Notes: generated by a model from the sequence alone, not told the origin. A stretch of DNA of 64,000 bases from Rhina ancylostomus (GCA_030265395.1 JARFYF010000052.1:86166374-86230373), one strand, 5' to 3'; counted from the first letter of the stretch, positions 13,456-25,579 are shown. Numbers and translations: made by a program.

Positions 13456-14852
13456 CTATTGTTTGGAAGGAAATGGTGCTGCACCAAATGGATCAAAATC
13501 ACCATGTTGATGTGCACTGTGTAAAACTAGTTCAGTAAAGGGCACTGCACCANNNNNNNNNNNNNNNNNNNNNNNNNNNNNNNNNNNNNNACCATGTACA
13601 GAACTAGGTCTGGATCTGTTAGTAACAGGATTGTGGTCTCCTCGATCACTTAGACCTTGGTACTGAGAGTTTCTGGCAAGGTCTTGTGGATGGAATGGCT
13701 TGGCACCAAATGGGTCAAGCAGGCTTTCATCAGCAGCCAATAAATGGCATTGCTCCTTTCCATCTGTAAGTGCCACACCAATATTCTCCTTAGAATCAGA
13801 TGTATTCAAGAGTTCGTTGCTACTTTGTGAATCACGCCTCCCTACTTTTTTGTGCCTGCGTACTCGCTCTGGAGTTCTATAATTAGGTTTGGAAGGTTTT
13901 CTTGCAGTTGTTGGTGTGCCATGGTGGCGTTTTCCATTTCCACCAGAAGATTCCTGTTTGGTGCGACGTTGTCGAGAAGAAAGTTTCTGTAAACTGCGCT
14001 GCTTCAATCTGTGTTGCTGACAAGCTGTGATCTCCTCAAAAGGAACATGTCCAAAAGCATCCTCTTTGCTTTCCTCTCTATGCTGAGCAGGCTGAAGTGG
14101 CTGGAATGGAGTGGAGCCAAACATGTCCACATCATTAGGCGAAATAGGTGGTGTTTGTGTGAGAGTACCTTCAACATAGTAAACTGGATGAGGTAATTTT
14201 CTGGTAAAAGGTGCATTACTAAATACATCAAACTCTTCCTGCTCCTTAAGAGCAATTGTTTTGAAGGGTGCCTTTTGAATACTATCTTTATTCTCCATTC
14301 TTTTGTCAAGTTGCATATGCTGCTGCAAACCAACAAATGGCACAGCACCAAACATATCTACTTCATCTTGAGTTTTGACTCCTTTGATTCGAGGTGAATC
14401 TGGAGGGGTGATGAGTGCTGTTGCGGACTCTACACTTGCAATACTTTCACCATCAGCATTGTATTCTGAACCTTGTTCTGTTACAGATCTTTCTTTATTC
14501 TGATCAAAATCAGAATCAGAGCTATGCTTTTCGTCCTCACCCACTTCTTCATCTTCATCAGATTCCATTAGCAGAGGCCTCTGCCCAAACGTTTCTGCTT
14601 CTACATCATTGAACTCTCCATGTTCACTGTGGAACTCATCCTCCTCTTGTTCTTCCTCTTCACTGCTCTGAGGAGTAGGTGGGTCAGACTCAAAATCACT
14701 GTCTGAGTCTTCTCCATTTTTTTTGTTCTGCAAGATATTTGGATCATTTTTTTCTTTGCTCTGGTCACTGAGTGGAAGAATATGTCCTTGTGTTTTAGCT
14801 TTAAATGCACAGTCTGAATTTTCCACATTTTCTTCACTTCTTGCATTTGATC
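13456..14852 (-). CDS. BMP2K: BMP2K terminal exon 16 (long-isoform acidic/DPF-rich C-terminal tail)
   Basis: Acceptor ttccttag| at 14853-14854, phase 1. The ORF includes SDFESDPP, RPLLMESD, QRSLQKLSSRQRR, RHKKVGRRDSQSSNE and the terminal DPFGAAPFPSKQ*, all typical of BMP2K. A 38-N gap (13553-13590) preserves the frame. Confidence 0.95.
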
Positions 14853-16479
14853 CTAAGGAAAAATAATATTTATACCATAACTAAATTGTTAAAAGACAAA
14901 TATTTAGGAAAACAAACGATAATATGTTAAGCTAATGTTCTTAATGCTTTGAAACACAGCTGAGCAGAAATCCAACTCAACTGATAAGAACAAGTTCTGA
15001 GTGCTAGCAATAAGGATCTAATTCAAAATTAGTTTGAATCCAGTTTCTAGCAGCAAATGTGAGCAACGATCTTTCTTAAAGACTTAAAGACCAAGAATAG
15101 TTGCTTCCAGTTGTACACAAGAGGTATTCTTGTATCACTCAAATTCAAGAATGTTGCTGGGTTCTAAGCATGCAATGATTTGAAACTGGGTTCTCCAAGT
15201 AGAGGTCTTCCACCTCTCAAGTACAATATTCACAAAAAAATTCTCAACACAAGCATCAGAAAGTATGAATCAAGTTTTTTTCTCAAGTCCAACAGCTAGA
15301 GTACAGTGAAAGGACAGAGGTCAAGATATCAGACAGTAATTCAGAGGCATTTTCAAATCCCACCATAAAAGTGGAATACAATTCAGAGAAATTAAATCAA
15401 AGACTTGGTAATGGTGACCATAAATCTACAGAAATGTTGCAAGATTCCTTGTTCATTAATGTCTCTCAGGAAACGAAAGGACATGTGCTGTAATTACCCA
15501 CTCCTATTTGTGATGTGGTCTCCAGTCAATCAACAGTGACCTAATTACTCAATGAACTAGCTTCACAAGCCCTTCAGTTGTATATCTGACACACTAAAGA
15601 ACAAAACCAGACAGACCACCCAGCATTCACTAATGTATCAAGTCCAGTTGATTCACAAACCTCTGAGCTCTGGTTACTAGGAGTGCTGCCCCAGTCTGGT
15701 CAAGCAAAATCAGATGGTGGGCAATTGAGGGGCTCCTCCACCATCAGGAGCCCATGCAATCTACTACCCTATTGTTAAGGGGGAAGAAGAAAAAAAAATC
15801 ACTTAACAGGATTGAAAAGGCATTTCCTACAAGATGGAGTGCATAGGGGAAGGAAGTGCAGAGGCAAGAGGGAGAGGGGTATCTGGTAAAGGGAAGGGGA
15901 TCAAAGAGCAAGTTAATATTGGAGGTTATGGCTGAGGGATGCACTGAAGGAAAGGAGATTCAGGGATGGGGAGGCTTGAAAGGTCAAGGGGAGGGAGAGT
16001 AGGGAAAGCCAGATGGCTGCAATGGACAAGGCCATCTGTACCCCAGTCTCTGTGTGCACATTTACTGACTGATGCCTACACGTATGTTAATATCTATGCT
16101 GCAGAGCCTAGTCTCCAACCCTTGTGGAGGATCTTACCACATGTTCTTGCTTCGTCAAACTCATGGCAGCTGGTGTGAAAATTCCTACCCACATTGAGAA
16201 GTGACATATAAGCAACCACCACTCCTTAAATGCAAAGTTTAGGAACTGTAATCTCAGAACCCTCACAAGCATCAACAGAAGACCTGAACGTTGCTCTGCT
16301 ATCACAGTATGGGAATTTAGATACCTACTGCCTTGGCTTGTGTGCTGCCATTTGCCTGTTGTCTCAAGCGCGGCAGTGATGCTATTGTCAAAATGACAAT
16401 GTTCTGGAAAAAAAAACAAACCATATCAGAAACCCTGGCTTCATAGAACGTCCCCCCCACCACCGTCAAGAATGAGCTA

Positions 16480-17500
16480 ATTCAATGTCCGCTCTGTGGA
16501 ACAGGAATGATTCCTATTTCTCCAAACCATGCAGAACCAGCATGGTTTTGGTCATCAGCAAACATACTCCAACCCTGGAAGCTTCAGATGAGTCCAGAGA
16601 TCTTTGAACAAATCTTGGTCTAAGTCTCAGGGTGATGAACAACTTCAATGCCAGGGTTGGGAAACACCAATTACTACTTTCCAAAGAACTGTTTAAACAG
16701 TAGGGAAGCTAACGCCAATAGAATCATTCTGATAACAAAATGCCTGCAGCATAGTCTTGTTCTAGAGAGAAAAAGCACAAGACCTCATGGCAACACTCCT
16801 AATTCAAGAGCTCTGTCATCAACTTGTTGTCTGGACCACATGAGAGAATGAGCTTTACATATAACATCCATAAAACCAAAAGGCACACTATCTACCTGTC
16901 TCCACTGTTCAATGCCACATCCTCACAATAAAGGTCTGCAATGAGACTTGGAAAAATGCAGACCATTTCCCCTACCTTTAAGCTGCCTCTCAATGAAGGC
17001 AGGCACTATAGAAATTCACTATTGCCATTAGTGTTCCATGAGGTTTTTTGAAGATCAAGACTTCGAACTCAGCAAAATGCATATCGTCCACTGAGTTGCA
17101 GTGGTCATTGCCCTGCAAAACACTTTTGAAACAGCAGGCACCTCAATGTACTTGAGGTACCAGCAAAGCTGTCTCCACAAATTCCTTCACATCTCCTAGT
17201 GGGATAAGTGAACTAACGTCAGCATTCTCATACAAGCCAAGATCCTTTAAATTCTCAATTACGATGGGTAGGCCATCATTTGCATACCCAGGGCCAGACT
17301 CCAGAAACAGATACTCCAACTTCTGTCACAGTAAAGAATTACCAGGTGGAGAAGGGGTGATTCACAGATATTCCTTAAACCTCCTTGAACATGTGTAATA
17401 TCCCTCCAAGTGGGAATGTGTCATAACCACTCAAAGATGATAAAAAACCATTCAGGATGGAATTGAGGAGTATTTGCCAGAGTACACAGAAGTTCAGCAT
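16480..17500 (+). mobile_element. Highly decayed RTE-clade LINE
   Basis: Remnants of YxPTLxAxDE and FNARVG (endonuclease) and QxCLxKxLxIxW.DK.TN.S (RTE C-terminal region). Confidence 0.55.
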
Positions 17501-19199
17501 AAACACAGAAGGAAACCACTGTCTCCCCCCACCCCATCATGCACCTCCTATCCCAACTGTAGCAGAATCCAGCCGAAGAACTGGAAGTCAACCCACAGAC
17601 TGAGCAAGAAATATTTAACAGACCACCTGGCAAATGACTTGAAAACCGTATCTGTATACCATCCTATCCCATCAGCAGGTTGTATACACCAGGAATGGCC
17701 ACGGAGTATATGGCAGTGAAATGCCCTGTGAGACAGCTCATGGACAAGGAGATCACCTCTTGCTAACATCCTTCCTCAGCTAATGTGCCTCCATGTTGAA
17801 AGATGTTTGAAAACATCAAAAGTAGCAAGAGCAATGATTTTACTCTGTGTGGACTTCACATATATCAAAAGCATCTTAATAGCTCTATGACTGCTGGGCT
17901 GTTGAATCCTTATATCTGCCAGACTAGTTCTTCAACAGTTGTGAGAAAATCAAAAAGGGACAAGCCAACCTAGCTGCATCCTCACCAACCTACTTGCTAC
18001 AAATTTATCTATCCTTAATATTGGCAGCGAACAAGGTTTTGTCTTCACACAGAGGACACCCTATGTCAGATAATGTGGCACTACCATTTTGCCAAATAGG
18101 ATACACTCAGAACAGAGCTGGTAGCTTAAAAGTGGAGATTCATGAGGCAGTGTGAGCCATCAGCAAAAGTAGAAATACATTTCACCACAATCTGCAACCT
18201 CATGACCCAATGTACTATTAGAAATAGGCCTTGGGATTAAAACTGATTTAATGAGTGTAGGATATGCCAGAACCAGCATCAGCCATTTCTGAAAGTTAGG
18301 TACCATCCTGCTGAAGGAGCAAGGACAACATACATGCTAAGCAGCAAAACAGTATGCAATAAACAAAGCAAAGCAGTCACAGAAATGACAAAGTCAAAGT
18401 TCTGCAGTCTAGTTACATCTATTGTGAATAGTGACAAACAGGAGGTTGCCCCAAGAACATACCCACTCTCCACAATATTGAGACCTAGTGCTTGCCAATG
18501 CCAGAGACAAGGCTAGGGCACTTGCAATCACAGTTAGCCACAAAGAGGTAACTGAATGATCCACCTTTACTTTCTCCTGAGATCCCCAAACCTGGCGTGA
18601 CAGAAGCTAATTTTCAGCCAATTCTATTCACTTCACATAATATCGAGAATCAGGCGAGAACACAGGATACAGCACAGGCTACAAGATCAGCCAATATTTC
18701 ATCTGTAGCACTAAAGGCTATAATACTGAAAACAGAAAATACTAGAAATGCTCAGCAGGTCATACATTATCTGTGGAGATTAAGTTAACATCGGGTCAAT
18801 GAGCTATTCCATCTGTAGGGTCATTGATCTGAATCACTAAACTACACATACACTGCCAAATCTAACTGTTTCCTAAATTCTCCCATTTGATATCTATGGT
18901 ACTTTGTTCAAACAAAATAGTTGTGATTATGACAGAAGAGTCTCAGAAGAGGTAGTTAGGATATGGGATACATCTAAAAGCTGCATAACATTCTCAATCT
19001 TCTCCAAATCACAGACCAATGTGAACACATTCAGCTTCCACAGGAGGGGTAAACTTGGAACATGGGCTTGGAAGCAAAAGAGCCTGAAGCAGAATAGAAC
19101 AAATTCCACATCAGCTAGAACAAGTAAAAGGCCAGAGAGCCATAGAAACAGACCATTCCACCCAAGTCTCCACCAAAATCAAGCACTCATATACATTAA

Positions 19200-19420
19200 T
19201 CTCATTCTCCCCACATTCCAATCAGCTGCCCTCCTCCACAAGATTCTACAACACACCCTCATACTAGAGGCAATTTACAGTGGTGAACTGACCTACTAAT
19301 TCACACACCTTTGGAACTTGGGAGGAAACTGAAGCACGCAGAGGAAACCACACAGTCACAATGAGAATGTGCAAACTCCATACAGCATTGGTGATCAGGA
19401 TTAAACCTGTGTCACTCAGT
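19200..19420 (-). mobile_element. V-SINE fragment
   Basis: Reverse complement of the V-domain: GGAGTTTGCACATTCTC...GTGGTTTCCTCTGCGTGCTTCAGTTTCCTCCCA. Confidence 0.7.
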
Positions 19421-19763
19421 ATCTAAATAAGATAAAAGCAGGGGATAGAGAACAGCATGCTAATATGCAAACTAGCCTTTCATTTCTAGGACTCAGATTT
19501 AAATCCAGTCCAGATTTATTAGACCAGATATTCTCCTCTACAAGGTAACTTCAAGATGCTACATAAAGTGATTCAACAGTTTATCAGTGGACCAACACAT
19601 CTATGCTATACCACTTATATGTCATTAAAACTAACAGAATAGCTAGTAAGAAAATCAAAATCATCAGAACTTGCAGGAAATCAGGAATAAGTATTTAAAT
19701 GAGGTTTTAAGGGCTGCTAGCATCTGTGGAATTCAGAACCCATGGCATGCATTTAAAGTGAGA

Positions 19764-20332
19764 CCATAGAGAACAGAGAAACTACAGCACTGTTCAGGCC
19801 TTCGGCCCACAAAACTGTGCTGATCATGTCCCTACTCTAGAAATTACTAGGCTTACCCATAGCCCTGTTTTAACTCAGCTCCGTGTATCTATACAACAGT
19901 CTCTTAAAAGACCCTATCATATCCACCTCCACCACCATTGCTGGCAGCCCATTCCACGCACTCACCACTGAGTAAAAAACTTACCCCTGACATCTCCTCT
20001 ATATCTACTCCCCAGCACCTTAAACCTGTGCCCTCTTGTGGCCACCATTTCAGCCCTGGGGAAAAGCCTCTGACTATCTACCCGATCAATACCTCTCATC
20101 ATCTTATACACCTCTATCAGGTCCCCCCTCATCCTCCGTCGCTCCAAGGAGAAAAGGGCGAGTTCCCTCAACCTGTTTTCATAAGGCATGCTCCGCATTC
20201 CGGGCAGTGTCCTCGTAAATCTCCTCTGCACCCTCTCTATGGCTTCCACATCACTCCTGTAGTGAGGTGACCAGAACTGAGCACAATACTCCAAGTGGGG
20301 TCTGACCAGGGACCTATACAGCTGCAGCATTA
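19764..20332 (-). mobile_element. Young CR1-type LINE, 3' end (ORF2 C-terminus and 3'UTR)
   Basis: Uninterrupted ORF 19962-20330 (LYRSLVRPHLEYCAQFWSPH...IERVQRRFTR...LERRRMRGDLIEVYK), followed by a short simple-repeat tail. Confidence 0.92.
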
Positions 20333-20791
20333 TTTGAGAAAAGCGGCAGCATCCTAAACACTCGCCCCCTTCGCCGTGTCTGCACTGTCTGCAGGCTGTG
20401 CCATCTACAGTGGTCCACCAAGGCTACTTTCCAGTCCTGTGATCTGTTACCAAGAGGGATGAGGGCAGCAGGTGCATGGGAATACCACCAATTATAGAAT
20501 CCCTTTGAACTCGCAACATCCTTGAAATATATCTCATTCCTTCATCGTCACCAGGTATAAACCCTAGAACTCGCTGACAGTGCTGGGAGAGCACCTTAAT
20601 CCGATAGACTGGCAGTTCAAGAAGGCAATCACTATCTCCCCATTAAAAGAAACTACAGGTGGTCAATGCCCTCACCCTGCACATTGCAGAACATGTGGAG
20701 TAAACAATGTCTGTTGGGTGACTTATTCAGAATATTGCCTTTTAAATTACTTGATCTTTAATCTGAGGCATGCAAACAATTTGCCTTGCAG

Positions 20792-20942
20792 TGAATTGGA
20801 TGCTCCATTTGCAAAGTGGAGCAAAGACCAAGTGTGCAACTGGCTAGATGACCAAGGACTAGGTATATACGTGGGGGCTTCAGGATCCTGGATCACATCA
20901 GGCCAGGCTTTACTGCACGCATCTCAGCAGGACCTGGACAGG
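20792..20942 (+). other. Orphan liprin-beta (PPFIBP1-like) SAM1 coding exon, displaced into BMP2K intron 15
   Basis: ttgccttgcag| ... AGG|GTAAGT, 151 nt, no stops. Encodes ELDAPFAKWSKDQVCNWLDDQGLGIYVGASGSWITSGQALLHASQQDLDR, which closely resembles the liprin-beta-1 first SAM domain as I recall it (DLDMPFAKWTKEQVCNWL..QGLG.Y......WI.SGQTLLQASQQDLEK). No other liprin exons were seen in the window. Confidence 0.85.
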
Positions 20943-21450
20943 GTAAGTTTCTAGCTGCTTGCATTTTTAAAGTGCCTTTGAAATAAGAAAATATCACAAT
21001 GTGCTTCACAGAAATGCAATTCGACACAAAATTGACACCAAAGGAAATAGAGATGGTTGACTGTTGAAGACATTAATGAGGAGAGAGGTGGGGAGGTGTA
21101 GGGAAGAAATGCCAGAGTACAGGGATGGCTGAAGGCACCGCTGCTAATAGTGGAGCAAAAAAATTAGACACAACCTGTCCCTAAGAGAATGAGACTTCCT
21201 CAGCAACAGAGAGTGTGTTACAATGAACTGGTCTGGAAGTAGAATAGAGGATGAACTTGGGTGAGTTTTGGCCTTTACCTGTTTCTACATTGCCGTGGAT
21301 CAGGTTCTTGCTTCAGGTTCCACCCACCACTGTGACTTGAGCACAGAGGTCCAAGCTAATGCTTCAGCATTACTGAGGGACTACAACAGTACTGACGGAG
21401 TGCTGCACCATTTGGAAGTAGTGAATGAGGCATTAAACTTGGCACTATCA

Positions 21451-21578
21451 TTAGCTTGAAGCGATCATTAAGGAAGAAATAGCAAGACACCTGGAATGAA
21501 GTGGTTCCATCAGGCAGATGCAGCATGGATTCAGGAAGGGCAGGTCCTGTTTGACAAACTTATTGGAGTTCTTTGAGG
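21451..21578 (+). mobile_element. CR1 reverse-transcriptase fragment, opposite orientation, ending at an assembly gap
   Basis: Encodes QHGFRKGRSCLTNLLEFFE, a motif of the CR1 RT domain. Confidence 0.85.
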
Positions 21579-21678
21579 NNNNNNNNNNNNNNNNNNNNNN
21601 NNNNNNNNNNNNNNNNNNNNNNNNNNNNNNNNNNNNNNNNNNNNNNNNNNNNNNNNNNNNNNNNNNNNNNNNNNNNNN

Positions 21679-22390
21679 ATCCCCCATCACAACAACTCTG
21701 TTATTCTCACACCTTTCTAGGATCTGCTTCCCTATCTGCTCCTCAATATCCCTGTCACTATTGGGCAGCCTAAAAAAAACACCCAGTAAAGTTATCAACC
21801 CCTTCCTGTTCCTAACCTCCACCCACAGAGATTCTGAAGACAGTCCCTCCACAACATCCACCTTTTCCGCAGCCGTGACACTATCTCTAGTCAACACTGC
21901 CACTCCCCCACCTCTTTTGCCTCCCTCCCTGTCCCTTCTGAAACATCCAAAACCCCACACCTGAAGCAACCATTCCAGTCCCAGAGCCACTCAAGGCTCC
22001 ATAATGGCTACATCATAGCTCCAAAATATCAATCCAAGCTCTAAGCTCATCCGCGTTGTTCACAATACTCCTTGCGTTAACATAGACACATCTCTAGTTT
22101 ATCTGAGCATATCCCTTCTCTATCACCTGCCTATCATACTTACTACTAGCTTTCTCTATTTGAGAGCCAAACACCACTTCCCCAGTCTCTTCAGTTCTGA
22201 TTCCACCCCAACAATTCTAGTTTAAACTCTCCCCAGTAGCCTTAGCAAACCTCCCTGACAGAATGTTGAGCCCCCAGGATTCAAATGCAACCCGTCCTCT
22301 TTGAACAAGTCATACCTGCCCCAAGAGAGACCCCAATGGTCCAGAAAACTGAATCCTTGCTCCTTACTCCAATCCCTCAGCCACTCAGAG
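21679..22390 (-). mobile_element. CR1 LINE 5' part: end of ORF1 (SGNH esterase) and ORF2 APE endonuclease
   Basis: Encodes WLRDWSKEQGFSFLDHW...DGLHLN (SGNH) and FRRDREGGKRGGGVA...SESLWVE...LGVFFRLPNS...VVMGD (endonuclease). AAGTGAGA flanks the composite element at 19756-19763 and 22391-22398. Confidence 0.9.
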
Positions 22391-23907
22391 AAGTGAGAGA
22401 TGTTCTGTATGAGAGATGTTCTCTGCATATATTAAAATGACCTAGAATTGCTTGTTTTCAGCATTTGGTGCTAAAATGGGAAAAGTTACTTTCTTTTCTA
22501 TAGTCAGTGCAGTTTTGTTTAATAGAGGAAACGTCTATAAAGAATGACAGTATCTATTAGATAGGTGTGAGTTTTCCCAAGCTGAGAAGTTAGAGCAAAG
22601 GGATAATTGTTTAATGGGAAACCATCATAGCCACAGAAAATGGTTTAATGATTTCCAGTTAATTCTCTTGGTCTGACTACTCCATAATGTTACACAATTA
22701 GAAAGGGCTAAAATGTTCAAGGCTCACATTACTATTGATCCAAGACCTATATTTTAAAACAAAAGCCAAAATATATAAATTGATGCACCATTCCTTCAAG
22801 GCAAATTTATATGCTCATTACAAATCTTGTCACTGTAACAAAAATGCATCATGTTAAATTTGAAAAAATATTTCCAATAGAAATCCCATAAATCAGAATT
22901 ACAAACATCTTTTTTTGGCATCAACCCATACCCAGCAAGCTGGCAATGATTTATAAAGAAAAAATTGGATGCTGAAGCACTATTGTTACCCCCCCCCCCC
23001 CCCCAAAGAACCAACACACAAAGCACTGGAAGAACTCAGCAGGTCAGACAGCATCTACGAAGGGAAATTGACAGTTGATGTTTTGGGCTAAGACCCTTCT
23101 TCAGAACTGGAAAAAAAAGAGGGGAGATAGCCTGTATAAAAGGGTGGGGGAGGGGGTGGAGTGAGAGCTGGCCGCTTTTTAAAGGACAATTTATGTTTCT
23201 AAACCAAACAAGGCTTGAAATTATTAATCCACTTGATAACATTTCGAAAAAATAAATCTGCATAAATCACCAAGAAATATGGATTTTTAACTTTTGTTAT
23301 GTACAAAGGATTATTACAAATTGCAATCAGTTTTGAAAACCTCTCCAAATAGTGGGACACAAAAACATATTTAATCACATATGATCCAAATCTTTTAAAA
23401 AATTCTTTTTTTGATGTTCTTTTTCCAGACAACAGATTAAAGCTGATGAATGTCTTGTAACTTGTAATTACATGTCCTGCACTGATGTATCAGTACAAAT
23501 ATTCAGGCAAGGAACTTTGTAGCTTTATCTGAATTTGAAACTTGCATTGTTAAACTAAAGCTATTTGACGCACAAGTGTTTTTTTTTTAAAATGAGGTTT
23601 CTTATGAAGCAAGTTCCTCATGAAGCAAGTTCCTCTCAGTCTGTTGTTGTACTATTTCATAGAGGCTGCAGCTAACTTAATATAAAATTTCAAAGTTGAG
23701 GTGGGAAAGGAGTGGATTAAGCACAATCTGGCCCCATAAAATCTAAACTAGTCTTAAGAATAAACTGTTTTCCCAAGAAAAATACACCATTCCAGAAACA
23801 CGATTCAGAGTGACTTCAACTTCTAAAAACCTATTTCTTCTAATAGCAATTTAGCTTTCCACCTCAAAATTCTTGTCAATGTTCATCTGCAAGTCAGTAT
23901 CTTTGAG

Positions 23908-23969
23908 ATTTATATTTTGTACCACACAGGGTGCCAAATGCATTCTGTTGTGTGGTACAAAATATAAAT
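23908..23969. repeat. Perfect 21-bp inverted repeat (hairpin)
   Basis: ATTTATATTTTGTACCACACA (23908-23928) is the exact reverse complement of 23949-23969. Confidence 0.9.
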
Positions 23970-25465
23970 TTGTATGGTGCATTGTAGAAGCTAACACTGG
24001 TATTATTTCCAACTGCTACAAAGTCTGTTGTATTGAGTTGGGGTGATTTATTTGAACAAAGCTATTTAATGTCAAATTTTAAGAATGAAATTCTTTGCCT
24101 ATTTCCTAATTTAAGCACTCTTTCCTGGTGTTAACTTGCTGTGCATCTTGTGTGAAAGACCATCCAGCCTGTTATAGGATACGTAACTAAAGCATTGCTT
24201 TAAAAATGAGCATCTCTGAAGTCATTTGGTTTTCAAGTTACAATGATAAATCTGCCCAAAACTAAAAGTGAAATAGGACTGTATACGAGGAATGAAGTGA
24301 ATCTTGAGGAAAAGTAATTATTGGTGCCTGGTTTCTCAGACTTGATGCACAACTGTACTACTGCAGTAACAATCAAAGGAAGATACACACTGGTATCATT
24401 CTGAGAATCTACCACTCCCTCGACCTTCCTAACACCTTATTGATATCATCCTCAAGGGATGAATGTTAATTTTTCATTTTGGAAACCTGTATCAACTTAC
24501 CATGAATGCTGACTAGACCAAATACAAGGTGCCTTGCATCATTGCACTAGAAATTAATAGATCATGTTAAGAGCCATTTTAAGACTAAATTTGGGGATGG
24601 GTGAGGGAGAAGACAATGCTGGTTGACAATTCATTGTTGTACTTATAAAGAGATCTACCATGGGAAGATCCATCAGCTAGTCATATAAAAGGAGGGTGAA
24701 AACCAAATTGGAAGGATTCAAGAGTTAATGTTACAAAATCACTGAAAGCAATGATTTTGTTTTAACTTTAAAANNNAAAGGTAGCTCACACAAATATTTA
24801 AATTGGTGAATGACAAGGCTCTAAATCATTTAATGGTAAACCCCAAACTGGAAATTGGCACCTACCACATAGGGAAATACTAGAGTTGAACTAGAACCCC
24901 TGCTGGACTGGTAGATATTAAAAACAAACGTTATTATTTTTGAACCCAAACTTGCTCAAGGCATTCCTTTATGTTGAATGCTCCATAAACTTATATTAAA
25001 ATATTTCCAAATCCTGCAAAGTACCAATACTAGAAAAAAAACTTCATTTATAAATAAAAACAGCCAAATAAATGCTAACAACCAGAGATACAAGTAACTT
25101 TGTTAACAATGAGGAAAAATACATACTCTAAAAAGGTATACTTCAAAGACACTGGCCATGACATTGTTCTACTGCCCAATAAATCAAAGCAAATCCCAAA
25201 TGCAGAGACTAAGAATTATTAATTACAGCAGCTGATAATATACCAAGGTCCATATGACTTACTGGCATTTACACCCATAACTGGGTTATCCCAAATGGAG
25301 ACCAGCATTGGGCATATCAGTGAGCAAATCCATGTGGATATCTGTGGAATCTGAAAGAGCTGTGCAAAAAGTTGTAGGTTCCCAGATCTTAGACTAGGAA
25401 ACTTCCAGAAAGCAAAATAAAATTAGAAGAGTCCATTCTAGTCTTTAGAGGGATGGGAAACTAAC

Positions 25466-25579
25466 CTGTATGCGAAACAAATGGAACACAGCCAAACAAG
25501 TCTTCCTTAAGTGGAGTTTGTTGAACGGGATGCTGTACAGTCTCATTCTCTACGGATGTTCTCCTCTGCTCTGGTTTAC
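25466..25579 (-). CDS. BMP2K: BMP2K exon 15
   Basis: tcctatatag| ... CAG|GTTAGT, 114 nt, phase 1-1. Encodes GKPEQRRTSVENETVQHPVQQTPLKEDLFGCVPFVSHT, similar to mammalian EDPFGSVPFISHS. Not in the ORF track. Confidence 0.9.

Noticed and set aside
13553-13590. Possible disruption of the BMP2K last exon
   Set aside because: The 38-N gap preserves the frame and covers 13 codons, matching the spacing I recall in orthologs. No evidence of pseudogenisation.
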